Shown piece after piece: positions 18,966-28,758 of a stretch of DNA of 64,000 nucleotides (within the stretch, counting starts at the first letter, position 1; every line of letters starts with the position of its first letter). Source of the stretch: Candidatus Minusculum obligatum (GTDB lineage Bacteria > Patescibacteriota > Minisyncoccia > Phycocordibacterales > Phycocordibacteraceae). The stretch covers positions 11,072 to 75,071 of the forward strand of contig CP174360.1 of NCBI GenBank assembly GCA_045401155.1, written 5' to 3'. A model generated the notes under the pieces. That model did not search any database. It worked only from the letters and a program-made list of their open reading frames with translations, and was not told the DNA's origin. The translations under genes and the position numbers were made by a program.

Positions 18966-19346
18966 ATGAAAATCATTTGCACCATCTGTAGCAAGAAGAA
19001 AAATACACAAACAGGCTTTTTACCTGCAAAAGACAGATATCTTGGAGATCACATCAATACCGCATCTAATATCTCACAAAAACAAAAGTGTGAGTTTTTT
19101 ATACTCTCAGGAAAGTACGGACTTATTCATGCACAAGAACCTATCCCCTATTACGATTACCTACTTACAGATGATGCAGCCGACAAACTTACAGAAAAAG
19201 TTGGGGCGCAAATAAAGGAAAACAATATTACTGAAATAATTTTTTATACAGAGAACAATCCAAATTGGAAACCGTATGAAAAAGTGATTACAAGCGCTTC
19301 TGAAAAACTACAAGTTTCTTTAAGAGTACAAAACCTTCCCACATAA
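18966..19346 (+). CDS. DUF6884-like protein
   Basis: CSKKK..PAKDRY.G, FILSGKYGLI, IPYYD; AT-rich. Confidence 0.6.
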   Translation: MKIICTICSKKKNTQTGFLPAKDRYLGDHINTASNISQKQKCEFFILSGKYGLIHAQEPIPYYDYLLTDDAADKLTEKVGAQIKENNITEIIFYTENNPNWKPYEKVITSASEKLQVSLRVQNLPT

Positions 19347-19383
19347 AAAGATAGCCGTCGCACCCGCGACGGCTATATCAAGA

Positions 19384-19569
19384 TCATGCGGTTCGTACCA
19401 CATCACTCCCCGGATGGGAGCGTGTTCCAAGCATCGGCACACGTTGTACAAGCCTTTCTTCTCTGTACGCTTTTTTACGTGTTTCTACGTCTTATAGTAA
19501 AGCCTTAGCTATGGATTAGGCTATTAGCCTTTCCGCCTCTCCAGAGCCCAGTGCTATCTTCTTCAGCAT
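19384..19569 (-). pseudogene. Degenerate orphan cassette or 17-aa peptide
   Basis: TTGACT-17-TAATTT promoter (~19645-19617), AAGGAG SD, ATG 19569; frame broken by two TAA before TGA 19384; hairpin 19351-19376. Confidence 0.45.
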
Positions 19570-19655
19570 GGCTGTGAAAACTCCTTCTTTGAGAGCGTTT
19601 CCGAACCGTCTAAGTCAATGAATGACCTATAAATAAAATTACACTCTGCTATACA

Positions 19656-21017
19656 TTAAGTCAACGTATACACCCTCCCCCTCTCCGGAAGCACCGTCTT
19701 CACATCTAGAAAATCATGTAGCCGCTGGGCTAAGAAACTCGCAGGCCCCGGTTCTCCCATGGCAACAAATACGGTATCAAGTGTTGTGCTTGTATGCGAC
19801 ACTAACTCAACCAGATTATCCCTATCAGCGTGCGCAGAATAGCCTGAGAGCGTTTCAATTGTCGCTTTCACCTTCACGTCCTTATCCATAATACGAACGC
19901 TCTTAGCGCCATCCTGGAGCAATCTACCGATACTTCCTGCCGACTGATATCCCACGATCATAAGCGTACTCTTAGGGTCATCTAGGTGATGTAACTCATG
20001 ATGCTGAATACGCCCTCCATGACTCATACCAGCTCCAGCGATAATAATCTTTGGATTCTCATGATGATCAATAGACTTAGACTCTTCTCTTGTCTCTGTC
20101 TTTGTAAGAAATGGGAAATCAAAAATATCTCCTTCTTTTTGAATCTCTCCCTGCAAATCTCTCTTAAGGTACTTACTATACTTTCGATAAATACTGGTCA
20201 CCTTAATCGCAAGTGGAGAATCCAAAAATACAGGAACCTTTGGTATCTCACCCGCCTCCATCATATTTGAAAGGTTGTACAAAAGAATCTGCGTACGCTC
20301 CATTGAAAATGCTGGAATCATCAGTACTCCTCCGCGCTCAACTGAGCGCTTGATAATATCCCGCAACTTCTCCTCTCGATGCTCAATATCCTCATGCAGG
20401 CGATCCCCATACACGCTCTCCATGATCAAATAGTTGGCATCTGTAACAAACTCGGTATCAGGAAGTAGTGGTGATGGAGAGTTTCCAAGATCTCCTGTAA
20501 ATACGTATGACTTGTTAGTCTTCTTGTGCGTAAATTTCACAATCGCAGAACCTAGGATGTGCCCCGCATCAAAAAACTCACACGTAAAATCTCCAATCTC
20601 AAACTTTTGATGGTAGTCCTTGGTAACGATCTTAGAAAGAAGACTGTGTACGTGCTCCTTCTCATACATTGGAGGACGCCCCATGCGATCCGCTTCTCGT
20701 TTTAAGATGCCCTCACTATCCTCAAGCATCACTGCCATAAGGTCCTCTGTAGGAGGCGTTGTATATACAGAACCATTAAATCCATCCTTCACAAGCTTCG
20801 GCCCTCTTCCAATATGATCTAAGTGCGCATGTGTAAAGATAACTGCAGTCACCTCCTTAACATCATATTCAAATGCATCGTAATTACACGCATCACAAAA
20901 ATCCTTTCCTTGTGTTAGTCCGCAATCAATAAGGATATTTGTCGTACCGTCTGAGAGAAGGAAATTAGATCCTGTTACCGTACCTGCACCTCCATACATT
21001 CCTACTGTTATTTCCAT
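19656..21017 (-). CDS. MBL-fold beta-CASP RNA-processing metallohydrolase
   Basis: THAHLDHIG, AGHILGS, ESVYGDR, GYSAHAD. Confidence 0.92.
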   Translation of the reverse strand: MEITVGMYGGAGTVTGSNFLLSDGTTNILIDCGLTQGKDFCDACNYDAFEYDVKEVTAVIFTHAHLDHIGRGPKLVKDGFNGSVYTTPPTEDLMAVMLEDSEGILKREADRMGRPPMYEKEHVHSLLSKIVTKDYHQKFEIGDFTCEFFDAGHILGSAIVKFTHKKTNKSYVFTGDLGNSPSPLLPDTEFVTDANYLIMESVYGDRLHEDIEHREEKLRDIIKRSVERGGVLMIPAFSMERTQILLYNLSNMMEAGEIPKVPVFLDSPLAIKVTSIYRKYSKYLKRDLQGEIQKEGDIFDFPFLTKTETREESKSIDHHENPKIIIAGAGMSHGGRIQHHELHHLDDPKSTLMIVGYQSAGSIGRLLQDGAKSVRIMDKDVKVKATIETLSGYSAHADRDNLVELVSHTSTTLDTVFVAMGEPGPASFLAQRLHDFLDVKTVLPERGRVYTLT

Positions 21018-21364
21018 AGCTTACTCACACTATAAACCAAAAGCGCACCAATACTGTCCATTATCAAATCAATAACCATATCGGTGGTGTCCCACACCTC
21101 TTCATATAAACCATTTAGATACTCAAATACCTCCCATCCGATACCAATCCCAATGAGCGCAATGAGCACGGTGAGGAAACGAGGACTCTTAAGTACATCA
21201 GATGCAACAAGTCCGATAGCACCAACCAATACTCCGCCCAAGAAGTGCATCACAATATCAAACCACCACCATCGCCAATACAAAAACTCGGCAAGCGCAA
21301 TATCCTGCAAGAGTGCAATAACACCCGCCAAAAGAAGAATAAAAATAAGTAACCGTATACGCAC
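21008..21364 (-). CDS. Small membrane protein (VanZ/DUF2238-like)
   Basis: WFDIVMHFLGG, GWEVFEY, D..IDLIMD..G. Confidence 0.65.
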   Translation of the reverse strand: MRIRLLIFILLLAGVIALLQDIALAEFLYWRWWWFDIVMHFLGGVLVGAIGLVASDVLKSPRFLTVLIALIGIGIGWEVFEYLNGLYEEVWDTTDMVIDLIMDSIGALLVYSVSKLWK

Positions 21365-21413
21365 CAGATAACTCTAGCATGAAAAAATCCGCCACATAGG
21401 CGGATCCTTTCAA

Positions 21414-21529
21414 AGGGGCATTCGGGTAAGCAACTCTGTAAGTTAGGTGGGTGCCCTCAGCTATACCTACGATCGATATTGCGATTCGAGCTCCCTAGCG
21501 TTGCTCAGTTGCATTTTCGAACGACCCCT
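21414..21529 (-). ncRNA. ssrS: Compact 6S RNA-like
   Basis: Ends pair (AGGGG..GTTCG / CGAAT..CCCCT), GAGCAAC/GTTGCTT stem, GGGAGC...GGGCACCCACCT motif; TATACT upstream, terminator 21382-21408. Confidence 0.65.
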
Positions 21530-21548
21530 ACAGGTAGTATATCAGATA

Positions 21549-22133
21549 CTATTCCTCTCCAAATCGCTTGTAGCTGAATATCTCCTTGTCACCAAACCAG
21601 TAGTTGATCTCGTGCTCAGCTTCCTCTGGAGTCTCAGATGCGTGAACCAGGTTCATAACTGCACGCTTCTCAGCATTAGCAAGAGCCGGTGAGTCATTTG
21701 AGAAGTCTCCACGGATTGTTCCCATGTCAGCCATAAATGGAAGTGTCGGTCCACAAATCTTTCGAACCATGTCGATTGCATGCACTCCCTCTACCACCAT
21801 ACGTACAAGTGGTGCTGAAACCATGTAATCTACCACCCACTTACGTACCTCAGGCCCAATCTTTGCTGGGTCATCAGTTCCGTAATCAATCTTTGGATCA
21901 AGATCATACTTTGCGTATGTCTTAAGTGTCTTCTCTCCAAGTCCAGTGATCCACTTCTCATCCTTTGGATAGTGCTCATCAATCTGCTCCTTTGTTGGTT
22001 GGAACATCTCAATCGCAACAATCTTTAGGTCTCGTTGCTCAAATCGTTTAATAATCTCTCCAATAAGACCCTTCTTTACTCCGTCAGGCTTCACCATGAC
22101 GTAGGTCTTCTCTTCTTTAAAATTCCGTTGCAT
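21549..22133 (-). CDS. ndk: Nucleoside diphosphate kinase
   Basis: MVKPDGV, GTIRGDF, NLVHASE. Confidence 0.95.
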   Translation of the reverse strand: MQRNFKEEKTYVMVKPDGVKKGLIGEIIKRFEQRDLKIVAIEMFQPTKEQIDEHYPKDEKWITGLGEKTLKTYAKYDLDPKIDYGTDDPAKIGPEVRKWVVDYMVSAPLVRMVVEGVHAIDMVRKICGPTLPFMADMGTIRGDFSNDSPALANAEKRAVMNLVHASETPEEAEHEINYWFGDKEIFSYKRFGEE

Positions 22134-22166
22134 ATGAGGGCAGTATACGGATTTTTACGTAAAAAT

Positions 22167-22946
22167 CTATTCGTTATCACGCCGCGTCACCACGATCGGA
22201 TCACCCTCTGTAATCACAAGTGTGTGCTCAAAGTGTGCGCTCTTTTGCCCATCTGCGGTTGTCACCGTGTATCCATCTGGATGAAAATCTACCTCTCCTG
22301 TTCCCATGTTTAACATTGGCTCAAGCGCGATAACCATACCCGGCTTTAACTTTGGCCCCTCTCCTGGGTTTCCATAGTTTGGAATGTTTGGCTCCTCATG
22401 TACGGCATACCCCACACCGTGCCCTGCCAAATCCCTCACAAGTCCATACCCCTTCTCTTTCACAAACTCCTCAACGGCGTGCCCGATATCTCCGGTAGTA
22501 TTTCCCGCTCGTGCTGCCTTAATTGCCTTATACAAAGCTTCTTTAGTTGTCTGCACAAGCGCTCGCGTCTCTTTATCTCCCTCTCCAACAATTACGGTAA
22601 GAGCTGAATCTACATACATACCCTCATGTACAAGACCTGCATCAAGACCTACGCTATCTCCTTCTTGCAAAATAATGGGATCTACATTTGGAATACCGTG
22701 TACCACCACATCATTTACTGAAACACAAAGCCCTGCTGGATACTTAGAGTCTGCCCAATCCGGCTTGTATCCCAAAAATGCTGGAGTATCTCCAAACTCA
22801 GCAATCTTTGCCTCAGCTAAATCATTTAAATAGTCGGTTGAAACACCGGGTTTTACATGTGCTGCCACATGCGAAAGAACCTCACCGAGTCTCTTCCCTG
22901 CGATCTTAAGCTTCTCTATTTCCTCTGGTAGTTTAATCGTAATCAT
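22167..22946 (-). CDS. map: Methionine aminopeptidase type I
   Basis: VVHGIP, DSALT, GHGVG..VHEEP, SAHFEHT; ATGA overlap with adk stop. Confidence 0.96.
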   Translation of the reverse strand: MITIKLPEEIEKLKIAGKRLGEVLSHVAAHVKPGVSTDYLNDLAEAKIAEFGDTPAFLGYKPDWADSKYPAGLCVSVNDVVVHGIPNVDPIILQEGDSVGLDAGLVHEGMYVDSALTVIVGEGDKETRALVQTTKEALYKAIKAARAGNTTGDIGHAVEEFVKEKGYGLVRDLAGHGVGYAVHEEPNIPNYGNPGEGPKLKPGMVIALEPMLNMGTGEVDFHPDGYTVTTADGQKSAHFEHTLVITEGDPIVVTRRDNE

Positions 22947-23500
22947 TGAATCTTTTCCCAAACCTCTTTCTCTATTTCTTCAATAGTTTGTGTACCATCT
23001 ATATCAACTACCTTTCCGTGCTCTCTAAAGAATTCTATAGAGTGCGCGGTATGCTCCTCATACTCAGAAAGTCTGTTCTCTACACTCTCCTCATCTCCTC
23101 GATCCTCCTTAGCACTTCGTGCTTTTATACGCTCGCGTACCACCTCATCTGGTATCTCAAGATTTATTACTGTAAACGGACGGTGCATCCAATTAAATGC
23201 GCGACACATCATTTGCGCTTCAATAAGACGACGCGCAAAGCCATCAAGCACCACTGTATCTTCTTCTGATAATTTCAAAAGAATAGAGTAGAAAATGTGC
23301 ACCATCATTCCATACGGCACAAGCAGACCATTATCTATGTCTTCTTTTACCTGACGTGCAGGCAGCGTATCTTGCTTTGCAAATGCACGAAGCTCTGCTC
23401 CCGCACTATAGAACTGCGCATCTAGCTTCTTTGCTAAAAGCTTCGCCTGCGTCCCCTTTCCAGCTCCAGGTCGGCCGGTAAAAATGAAGGTGTTATCCAT
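22943..23500 (-). CDS. adk: Adenylate kinase (short LID)
   Basis: GRPGAGKGTQA, LDGFAR; between secY and map. Confidence 0.9.
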   Translation of the reverse strand: MDNTFIFTGRPGAGKGTQAKLLAKKLDAQFYSAGAELRAFAKQDTLPARQVKEDIDNGLLVPYGMMVHIFYSILLKLSEEDTVVLDGFARRLIEAQMMCRAFNWMHRPFTVINLEIPDEVVRERIKARSAKEDRGDEESVENRLSEYEEHTAHSIEFFREHGKVVDIDGTQTIEEIEKEVWEKIQ

Positions 23501-23536
23501 GTAGAGAGTGTACTCTATCGGTACACCTGAGGCAAT

Positions 23537-24802
23537 TTAGTACTCGTTTAGAGACACTTGCGCATCTACCTTTCGAACTACATCAAGCACTACAGATACT
23601 GCAATAAGAAGAGCTGTTCCTCCAATCACAAGCGTAGAGATACCTGTAAGTCCCTGTACGATAATCGGCACAATAGCGATAAGACCAAGGAAGAGCGCTC
23701 CTGGAAGTGTGATGCGTGTTGCAACCTTCCCTAGGAAGTCCTCTGTCTGTACTCCTGGACGTACACCTGGAATAAATGCTCCTGACTTTTGTAGGTTCTC
23801 TGCAACTCGCTTTGGCTCGAAGATAATAGCGGTATAAAAGTATGTAAACATCACCACGAAGAAGAAGTATAGACCTCCATATACCCACTGGTTATTTAGC
23901 ACGGTAACAAGTGTCTCCATAAATCCTCCCGCACCAAATGTAATTGCAATGTTTGCAATAGTCTGTGGCACAAGAAGTAGTGAAAGAGCGAAGATGATAG
24001 GAATCACTCCTGCCTGATTAATTCGAATTGGAAGGTATGTAGACGCCCCAACCTCAGCCGCCTTACCTCGAAGCTGCTTTGCATGTGTAATAGGAATAGC
24101 TCGCTCTGCCTCAGTTACAAGAACCACAGCAAAGGTCATCACGAGTGCGATAAATGCAAGTCCTAGGTACGCTGGAAGCTGCTCTGGCGTAAATGAGAAC
24201 GCAGCCTGAGAAAGCGCAGTTGGAAGGCTGGCCACAATACCTGCGAAGATGATAAGTGAGATACCATTTCCAATACCATACTCAGTCATAAGCTCTCCGA
24301 TCCACATCAAGAAAATAGATCCAGCTGCTACCACAAGAATGTTTGTAACAAGCATCAGCGGCTCAAGCGCGCCAATAATTCCCTGACTCTGTAGTAGGAA
24401 AATAAATGCAATACCCTGCATTACCGCAAACGGCACCGTAAGCATACGGCTCCACTGCACAAACTTAGCGCGACCAACTTCTCCCTCCTCAGTCTGCATA
24501 GCCTTAACCTGTGGGAATACCACAGTCATAAGCTGCATGATAATTGATGAGGTAATGTACGGCCCCACTCCAAGAAGCATAATTGAAAGGTTTGCGAGCC
24601 CTCCTCCTGAAAGAATGTTTAGAAGTCCTAGAAACTCATTGTTTGCAAAGAAGTTCTGAAGTGCAAAGGTATCAACTCCAGGAACTGGAATAGTCGCAAG
24701 TGCACGATACACCAAAAGCGCTCCTAAAATGAATAGGATACGATTTCGAAGCGTGCTGTCTTTTAGCGCACGTGAAAGTTTTTTCAAAAATGCTGAAAAC
24801 AT
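23537..24802 (-). CDS. secY: Preprotein translocase SecY
   Basis: LGVGPYITSSII, GIGNGISLIIFAGI, FIPGVRPG, GGTALLI. Confidence 0.97.
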   Translation of the reverse strand: MFSAFLKKLSRALKDSTLRNRILFILGALLVYRALATIPVPGVDTFALQNFFANNEFLGLLNILSGGGLANLSIMLLGVGPYITSSIIMQLMTVVFPQVKAMQTEEGEVGRAKFVQWSRMLTVPFAVMQGIAFIFLLQSQGIIGALEPLMLVTNILVVAAGSIFLMWIGELMTEYGIGNGISLIIFAGIVASLPTALSQAAFSFTPEQLPAYLGLAFIALVMTFAVVLVTEAERAIPITHAKQLRGKAAEVGASTYLPIRINQAGVIPIIFALSLLLVPQTIANIAITFGAGGFMETLVTVLNNQWVYGGLYFFFVVMFTYFYTAIIFEPKRVAENLQKSGAFIPGVRPGVQTEDFLGKVATRITLPGALFLGLIAIVPIIVQGLTGISTLVIGGTALLIAVSVVLDVVRKVDAQVSLNEY

Positions 24803-24803
24803 A

Positions 24804-25232
24804 CTACTTGATGGTACCACCTGCCTTCTCAATCTTCTCCTTTGCAGAAGCAGAAAGCGTTACCTTCTCAAATGTGAAGGCCTTTGAAAGGTCTCCATTC
24901 CCTAGAATCTTCACCTCTGGTGCACGTCCCTTCTCTCGCTTTACAAGCCCCTTCTCAAGAAGCACTTTTGGAGAAATAGTTGCCCCTTTCTCAAACACTT
25001 CTTCAAGCACAGAAACATTTACTGTTGCTGGCTTTGTATTTGGACTATTGAAGTTGTATCCACGCTGCTTTGGAAGCTTCTTGATGAAGTCTCGAATCTC
25101 TGGTCGAGGTGTTCCTCCGTGCGCTAGCTGTCCCTTTGTTCCACGTCCTGATGTAGTACCACGCTTACCACCACGTCCAATACGCTTTGCGGTCTTATTC
25201 TTATTTACTCGTTGTAGGTTGTGTAGCTGCAT
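24804..25232 (-). CDS. rplO: 50S ribosomal protein L15
   Basis: RIGRGGKRGTTSGRGTKGQ, KILGNG, KIEKAGG. Confidence 0.96.
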   Translation of the reverse strand: MQLHNLQRVNKNKTAKRIGRGGKRGTTSGRGTKGQLAHGGTPRPEIRDFIKKLPKQRGYNFNSPNTKPATVNVSVLEEVFEKGATISPKVLLEKGLVKREKGRAPEVKILGNGDLSKAFTFEKVTLSASAKEKIEKAGGTIK

Positions 25233-25233
25233 A

Positions 25234-25782
25234 TTATGAAAGTTGTTTTAGGGCTTCTACTGTTGCGCGTGCAATTGAGAGCTTACTCTTACTTCGAGTA
25301 AGGATCTTCCCTACAATATCTGTTACACCTGCAAACTCAAGTACAGTTCGTACTGCAGATCCTGCAACAAGACCACGTCCAGCAGATGGAATAAGCTGCA
25401 CCTCTGAAGACTCGGCGCGAGCCTGTACATCAAATGGAATGCTTCCAGTCTCAGTTCGGTTTACGGTAATCATGTTCTTTCGAGCATTTCGAACCGCCTT
25501 ATCAATCGCAAGTGCTGTATCTGTCGCCTTTCCAAGACCAACTCCAACACGTCCCTTCTGATCTCCAATAACCATAGCAACAGAGAAAGAGAATCGTCGT
25601 CCTCCTGATACCACACGAGTTACGCGTCGAATCTCAATGATTCGCTGCTCAAACTCCTTAGGTGCTCGCTCTTGTGTTCGAGGTCCTCGCCCCTTTCCTC
25701 CTCGTCGAGTACGTGAAGACTTAGGAGCATCAGTCTTTTGCTCCTCTACCTTCTTTTCTGTTGTTGCTTGTTCTTCAGCCAT
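25234..25782 (-). CDS. rpsE: 30S ribosomal protein S5
   Basis: RVTRVVSGGRRFSF, GRVGVGLGKA. Confidence 0.96.
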   Translation of the reverse strand: MAEEQATTEKKVEEQKTDAPKSSRTRRGGKGRGPRTQERAPKEFEQRIIEIRRVTRVVSGGRRFSFSVAMVIGDQKGRVGVGLGKATDTALAIDKAVRNARKNMITVNRTETGSIPFDVQARAESSEVQLIPSAGRGLVAGSAVRTVLEFAGVTDIVGKILTRSKSKLSIARATVEALKQLS

Positions 25783-25787
25783 AATAC

Positions 25788-26135
25788 TTAAATACTTAGT
25801 CCCGCCTCGCGAGCACTATCTGCCAACTTCTGTACTCGACCAATGTAATTAAATCCTCCGCGATCAAATACCGCCTTCTCTACCCCCTTAGCCTTTCCTC
25901 GCTCAGCAATAGCCTTTCCTACTGCCTCAGCTTGTGCCATAAGTGATCCGCCAAACTCCTTTCCGTGAGCTTGTGCGATAGTCACTGCCTTCACGTCATC
26001 AATCAGCTGCGCGCTGATGAACTTATTTGAACGGAATACCGCAAGACGTGGTCGCTCCTCGGTACCAGAAATAACCGCACGCACTCGATTGTGGCGTCGT
26101 ACTCGTGTTTGCTTTTTGTTCGTTACATTACTCAT
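25788..26135 (-). CDS. rplR: 50S ribosomal protein L18
   Basis: [17 protein letters not shown]. Confidence 0.96.
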   Translation of the reverse strand: MSNVTNKKQTRVRRHNRVRAVISGTEERPRLAVFRSNKFISAQLIDDVKAVTIAQAHGKEFGGSLMAQAEAVGKAIAERGKAKGVEKAVFDRGGFNYIGRVQKLADSAREAGLSI

Positions 26136-26138
26136 ACG

Positions 26139-26672
26139 CTATACGGCCTTCTTACCTTGCTTACGTCGGATAACCTCATCATCATATCGAAGACCCTTAC
26201 CTTTGTACGGCTCAGGCTTCTTCTTTGCACGCACCTCTGCGGCAAATTGTCCCACCTTCTCCTTATCTGCTCCTGAGATAGTAATGGTGTTCTTTACAAC
26301 CTCTGCATTAACTCCTTCAGGAAGCTCCATTTCAACTGGGTGTGAGTACCCAACCATAAGCTTTAGAGTTCGTCCTGCAAGCTCAACGCGGTACCCTACT
26401 CCTTCAAGGATAAGTACCTTCTTGTACTCATCATTTACTCCAGTGATCATGTTTCGTACATGAGAAGCAAATGTTCCCCAAAGTGCTCGAGCAAGTCGAC
26501 TATTGTTCTTTGGTGCTACTGTTACTTCAGAATCTGCAACAGACACCTCTACAAGAGAGTGCACTGGCTTTACGAGCTCTCCCTTAGGACCTTTTACAGT
26601 AAGAACTCCTGACTCTACTTTCACGTCAGTTCCAGATGGGATTGCTACAGGCTTTTTACCAAGTCGACTCAT
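26139..26672 (-). CDS. rplF: 50S ribosomal protein L6
   Basis: MSRLGKKP, VKGPKGEL, PEPYKGKG. Confidence 0.96.
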   Translation of the reverse strand: MSRLGKKPVAIPSGTDVKVESGVLTVKGPKGELVKPVHSLVEVSVADSEVTVAPKNNSRLARALWGTFASHVRNMITGVNDEYKKVLILEGVGYRVELAGRTLKLMVGYSHPVEMELPEGVNAEVVKNTITISGADKEKVGQFAAEVRAKKKPEPYKGKGLRYDDEVIRRKQGKKAV

Positions 26673-26673
26673 A

Positions 26674-27066
26674 TTACCAAATCTTAAATAGCATCTCTCC
26701 TCCAACACGGTTCTGTCGAGCCTCAGAATCAGAAAGAATTCCCTTAGGTGTTGAAATAAGCATTGCTCCTTCTCCGTACTTCACGGGATGCGCTTCACGG
26801 AAGCTAGTGTATAGGCGACGTCCAGGCTTACTTAGACGCTTCACATCGGTAATCTTTGGAGTTCCGTTATCTTTGTATGAAAGAGTGATCTTAAGAGATG
26901 GCTTTTCTTTTCCAACCTTCTCAACATCAGCAACGTAGCCCATATCCTTGAGCTTAGCTGCAACGTCGTGCTTGTGGGTAGAATGTGGAAGCTCCACAAA
27001 ATCCTTCCGAATAGCTCCGGCGTTCTTAATTTGAATAATTAGATCTCCAATTGGGTCGTTTACCAT
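26674..27066 (-). CDS. rpsH: 30S ribosomal protein S8
   Basis: [21 protein letters not shown]. Confidence 0.96.
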   Translation of the reverse strand: MVNDPIGDLIIQIKNAGAIRKDFVELPHSTHKHDVAAKLKDMGYVADVEKVGKEKPSLKITLSYKDNGTPKITDVKRLSKPGRRLYTSFREAHPVKYGEGAMLISTPKGILSDSEARQNRVGGEMLFKIW

Positions 27067-27329
27067 GATGCCTTCTTTACGCCTGGAATCTTGCCTTCTC
27101 GTGCGAGTTCTCGAAATGTAATTCGAGATAGTCCAAAATCACGCATGTATCCACGAGAACGACCTGAAAGGGCGCATCGGTTCTTAAGACGTACAGGTGA
27201 ACTATTCTTTGGAAGCTTTTGTAGCCCCTCGAAATCTCCTGCAGCCTTAAGAGCAGCACGCTTATCTGCGTACTTAGCGACCAGTTTCATGCGCTTTTCG
27301 TTTCGCGCGATCTGTGACTTTTTCGCCAT
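27060..27329 (-). CDS. rpsN: 30S ribosomal protein S14 (long, Zn-independent type)
   Basis: [28 protein letters not shown]; 89 aa, single Cys. Confidence 0.95.
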   Translation of the reverse strand: MAKKSQIARNEKRMKLVAKYADKRAALKAAGDFEGLQKLPKNSSPVRLKNRCALSGRSRGYMRDFGLSRITFRELAREGKIPGVKKASW

Positions 27330-27334
27330 ATAAT

Positions 27335-27396
27335 AAAAAGGCACGCCAATTGACGTGCGGGCATAGTATCAGGGTCGATTCCCAATGTCAAACCTT
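27335..27396 (-). promoter_or_regulatory. Internal promoter and leader hairpin for rpsN-onward genes
   Basis: TTGACA-17-TACTAT then gcacgtcaattggcgtgc hairpin + U tract. Confidence 0.65.
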
Positions 27397-27473
27397 GAGA
27401 GACCCTCTATTTCAACGTATACTGTACTTCCAGAAGTACCCTATCTAAACACCAGCGTAAGGAGGGAGCTGCT

Positions 27474-27806
27474 ATGAAAGCACGACCCATCGGCCAAGTT
27501 GTCGGTCACGGAAAGCGCGCCAACATAATCATCGAGATTGCCATCGGTATCCAAGATCCCGAAACTGGATCTCGCATGCACTTGCACGAAGATCTCTCTG
27601 AGCTCTATGAAGAGCAGCTTCAGGAGCTTCAAGACATCGCACAAGGTGGCGCAAATGGCATCGCAGACAAGATATCTTCTCGTCTGCAGGCGATGCTGGA
27701 CGCGAATCGCGGCCTTCCCGTTATTTCTGAACAACTTCCCCTCATTCAGGAGGAAGATGAAGATAATCTCGAGATCCCCGGATTTCTGCGACGACAGACC
27801 ACGTGA
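27474..27806 (+). CDS. Orphan protein ending in an FtsZ C-terminal-peptide-like motif (cassette)
   Basis: TTGAGA-17-TATACT from 27395, AAGGAGGGAG SD, C-terminus EEDEDNLEIPGFLRRQTT, hairpin 27809-27838. Confidence 0.8.
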   Translation: MKARPIGQVVGHGKRANIIIEIAIGIQDPETGSRMHLHEDLSELYEEQLQELQDIAQGGANGIADKISSRLQAMLDANRGLPVISEQLPLIQEEDEDNLEIPGFLRRQTT

Positions 27807-27856
27807 GGAGGGCGACAAGTTAATTCTTGTCGCCCTTTCAACCCCTCTTTTCATAT

Positions 27857-27891
27857 AAAAACAAAAGCCCCTGTAAGAGGGCTTTTGTTTT
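27857..27891. terminator. Bidirectional intrinsic terminator after rplE
   Basis: aaaacaaaagcccct-gtaag-aggggcttttgtttt. Confidence 0.85.
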
Positions 27892-28435
27892 ACTTACTCT
27901 CTTCTTTTTTAAACGGAATACCAAGATGCGTGAAGAATGCTTTTGCTTCTTCTTTATTCTTTGCAGTACTTACGATAGTGATCGCAAATCCAAATACGTC
28001 CTTTAGATCCTCATCTGCAGCCTCAGGGAAAATAGTGTGCTCCTTAACTCCAATAGTTAGGTTCCCCATCTCATCAATAGCTGTAGTTTTGATTCCTCGG
28101 AAGTCTCGCGTACGAGGAAGCGCTACATGAATAAGCTTATCTAGGAATGAGTACATCTGCTCTCCACGAAGTGTTGTCTGGTATCCAACAATATCTCCCT
28201 CTCGAAGCTTAAATGAAGCGATAGACTTCTTCGCAGGACGTGCTGCTGTCTTCTGCCCTGTAATACGAGCTAGACGATCCTGAATAACTTCAATCTTTCC
28301 CTTATCCTTGATCTTTCCTGTTCCAGTTGAAATAACCACCTTCTCCACCTTCGGTGCAGACATAGTGTTCTTGTATCCAAAGTCTCCCTTTAGAGCTTCA
28401 AATGTCTTCTGTACTTTATCTTGTGAAATAGTCAT
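27890..28435 (-). CDS. rplE: 50S ribosomal protein L5
   Basis: ITGQK, SIASFKLREG, LPRTRDFRG. Confidence 0.96.
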   Translation of the reverse strand: MTISQDKVQKTFEALKGDFGYKNTMSAPKVEKVVISTGTGKIKDKGKIEVIQDRLARITGQKTAARPAKKSIASFKLREGDIVGYQTTLRGEQMYSFLDKLIHVALPRTRDFRGIKTTAIDEMGNLTIGVKEHTIFPEAADEDLKDVFGFAITIVSTAKNKEEAKAFFTHLGIPFKKEESK

Positions 28436-28446
28436 AGGCATCAATA

Positions 28447-28752
28447 TTATGAAAGCTCAGTATTACTCTTCTTTGCAACACGTACACGCTTCCCATCCTT
28501 TTCGATGATTCCAATTCGAGTTGGAACATTCTCCTTAGGATCTACGATCATTACATTTGATACGTGAATTGGACGAGTTACATCCTTAAATCCTCCCTTC
28601 TCAGTCTTAGTTTGCTTAACAGCCTTCTTGAATACGTTTACGCCTTCAACAAGTACTTTGTCCTCCTTTGGAAATGCAGTCAAAACCTTCCCGGTCTTAC
28701 CCTTGTCCTTTCCTGCAATAACCTTAACTGTATCGTTTTTCTTAATCTTCAT
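28447..28752 (-). CDS. rplX: 50S ribosomal protein L24
   Basis: [23 protein letters not shown]. Confidence 0.96.
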   Translation of the reverse strand: MKIKKNDTVKVIAGKDKGKTGKVLTAFPKEDKVLVEGVNVFKKAVKQTKTEKGGFKDVTRPIHVSNVMIVDPKENVPTRIGIIEKDGKRVRVAKKSNTELS

Positions 28753-28758
28753 ACGCAA

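Noticed and set aside
19384-19569. Programmed stop read-through of the broken ORF
   Set aside because: Both internal stops are TAA, the commonest stop in this window; decay is simpler
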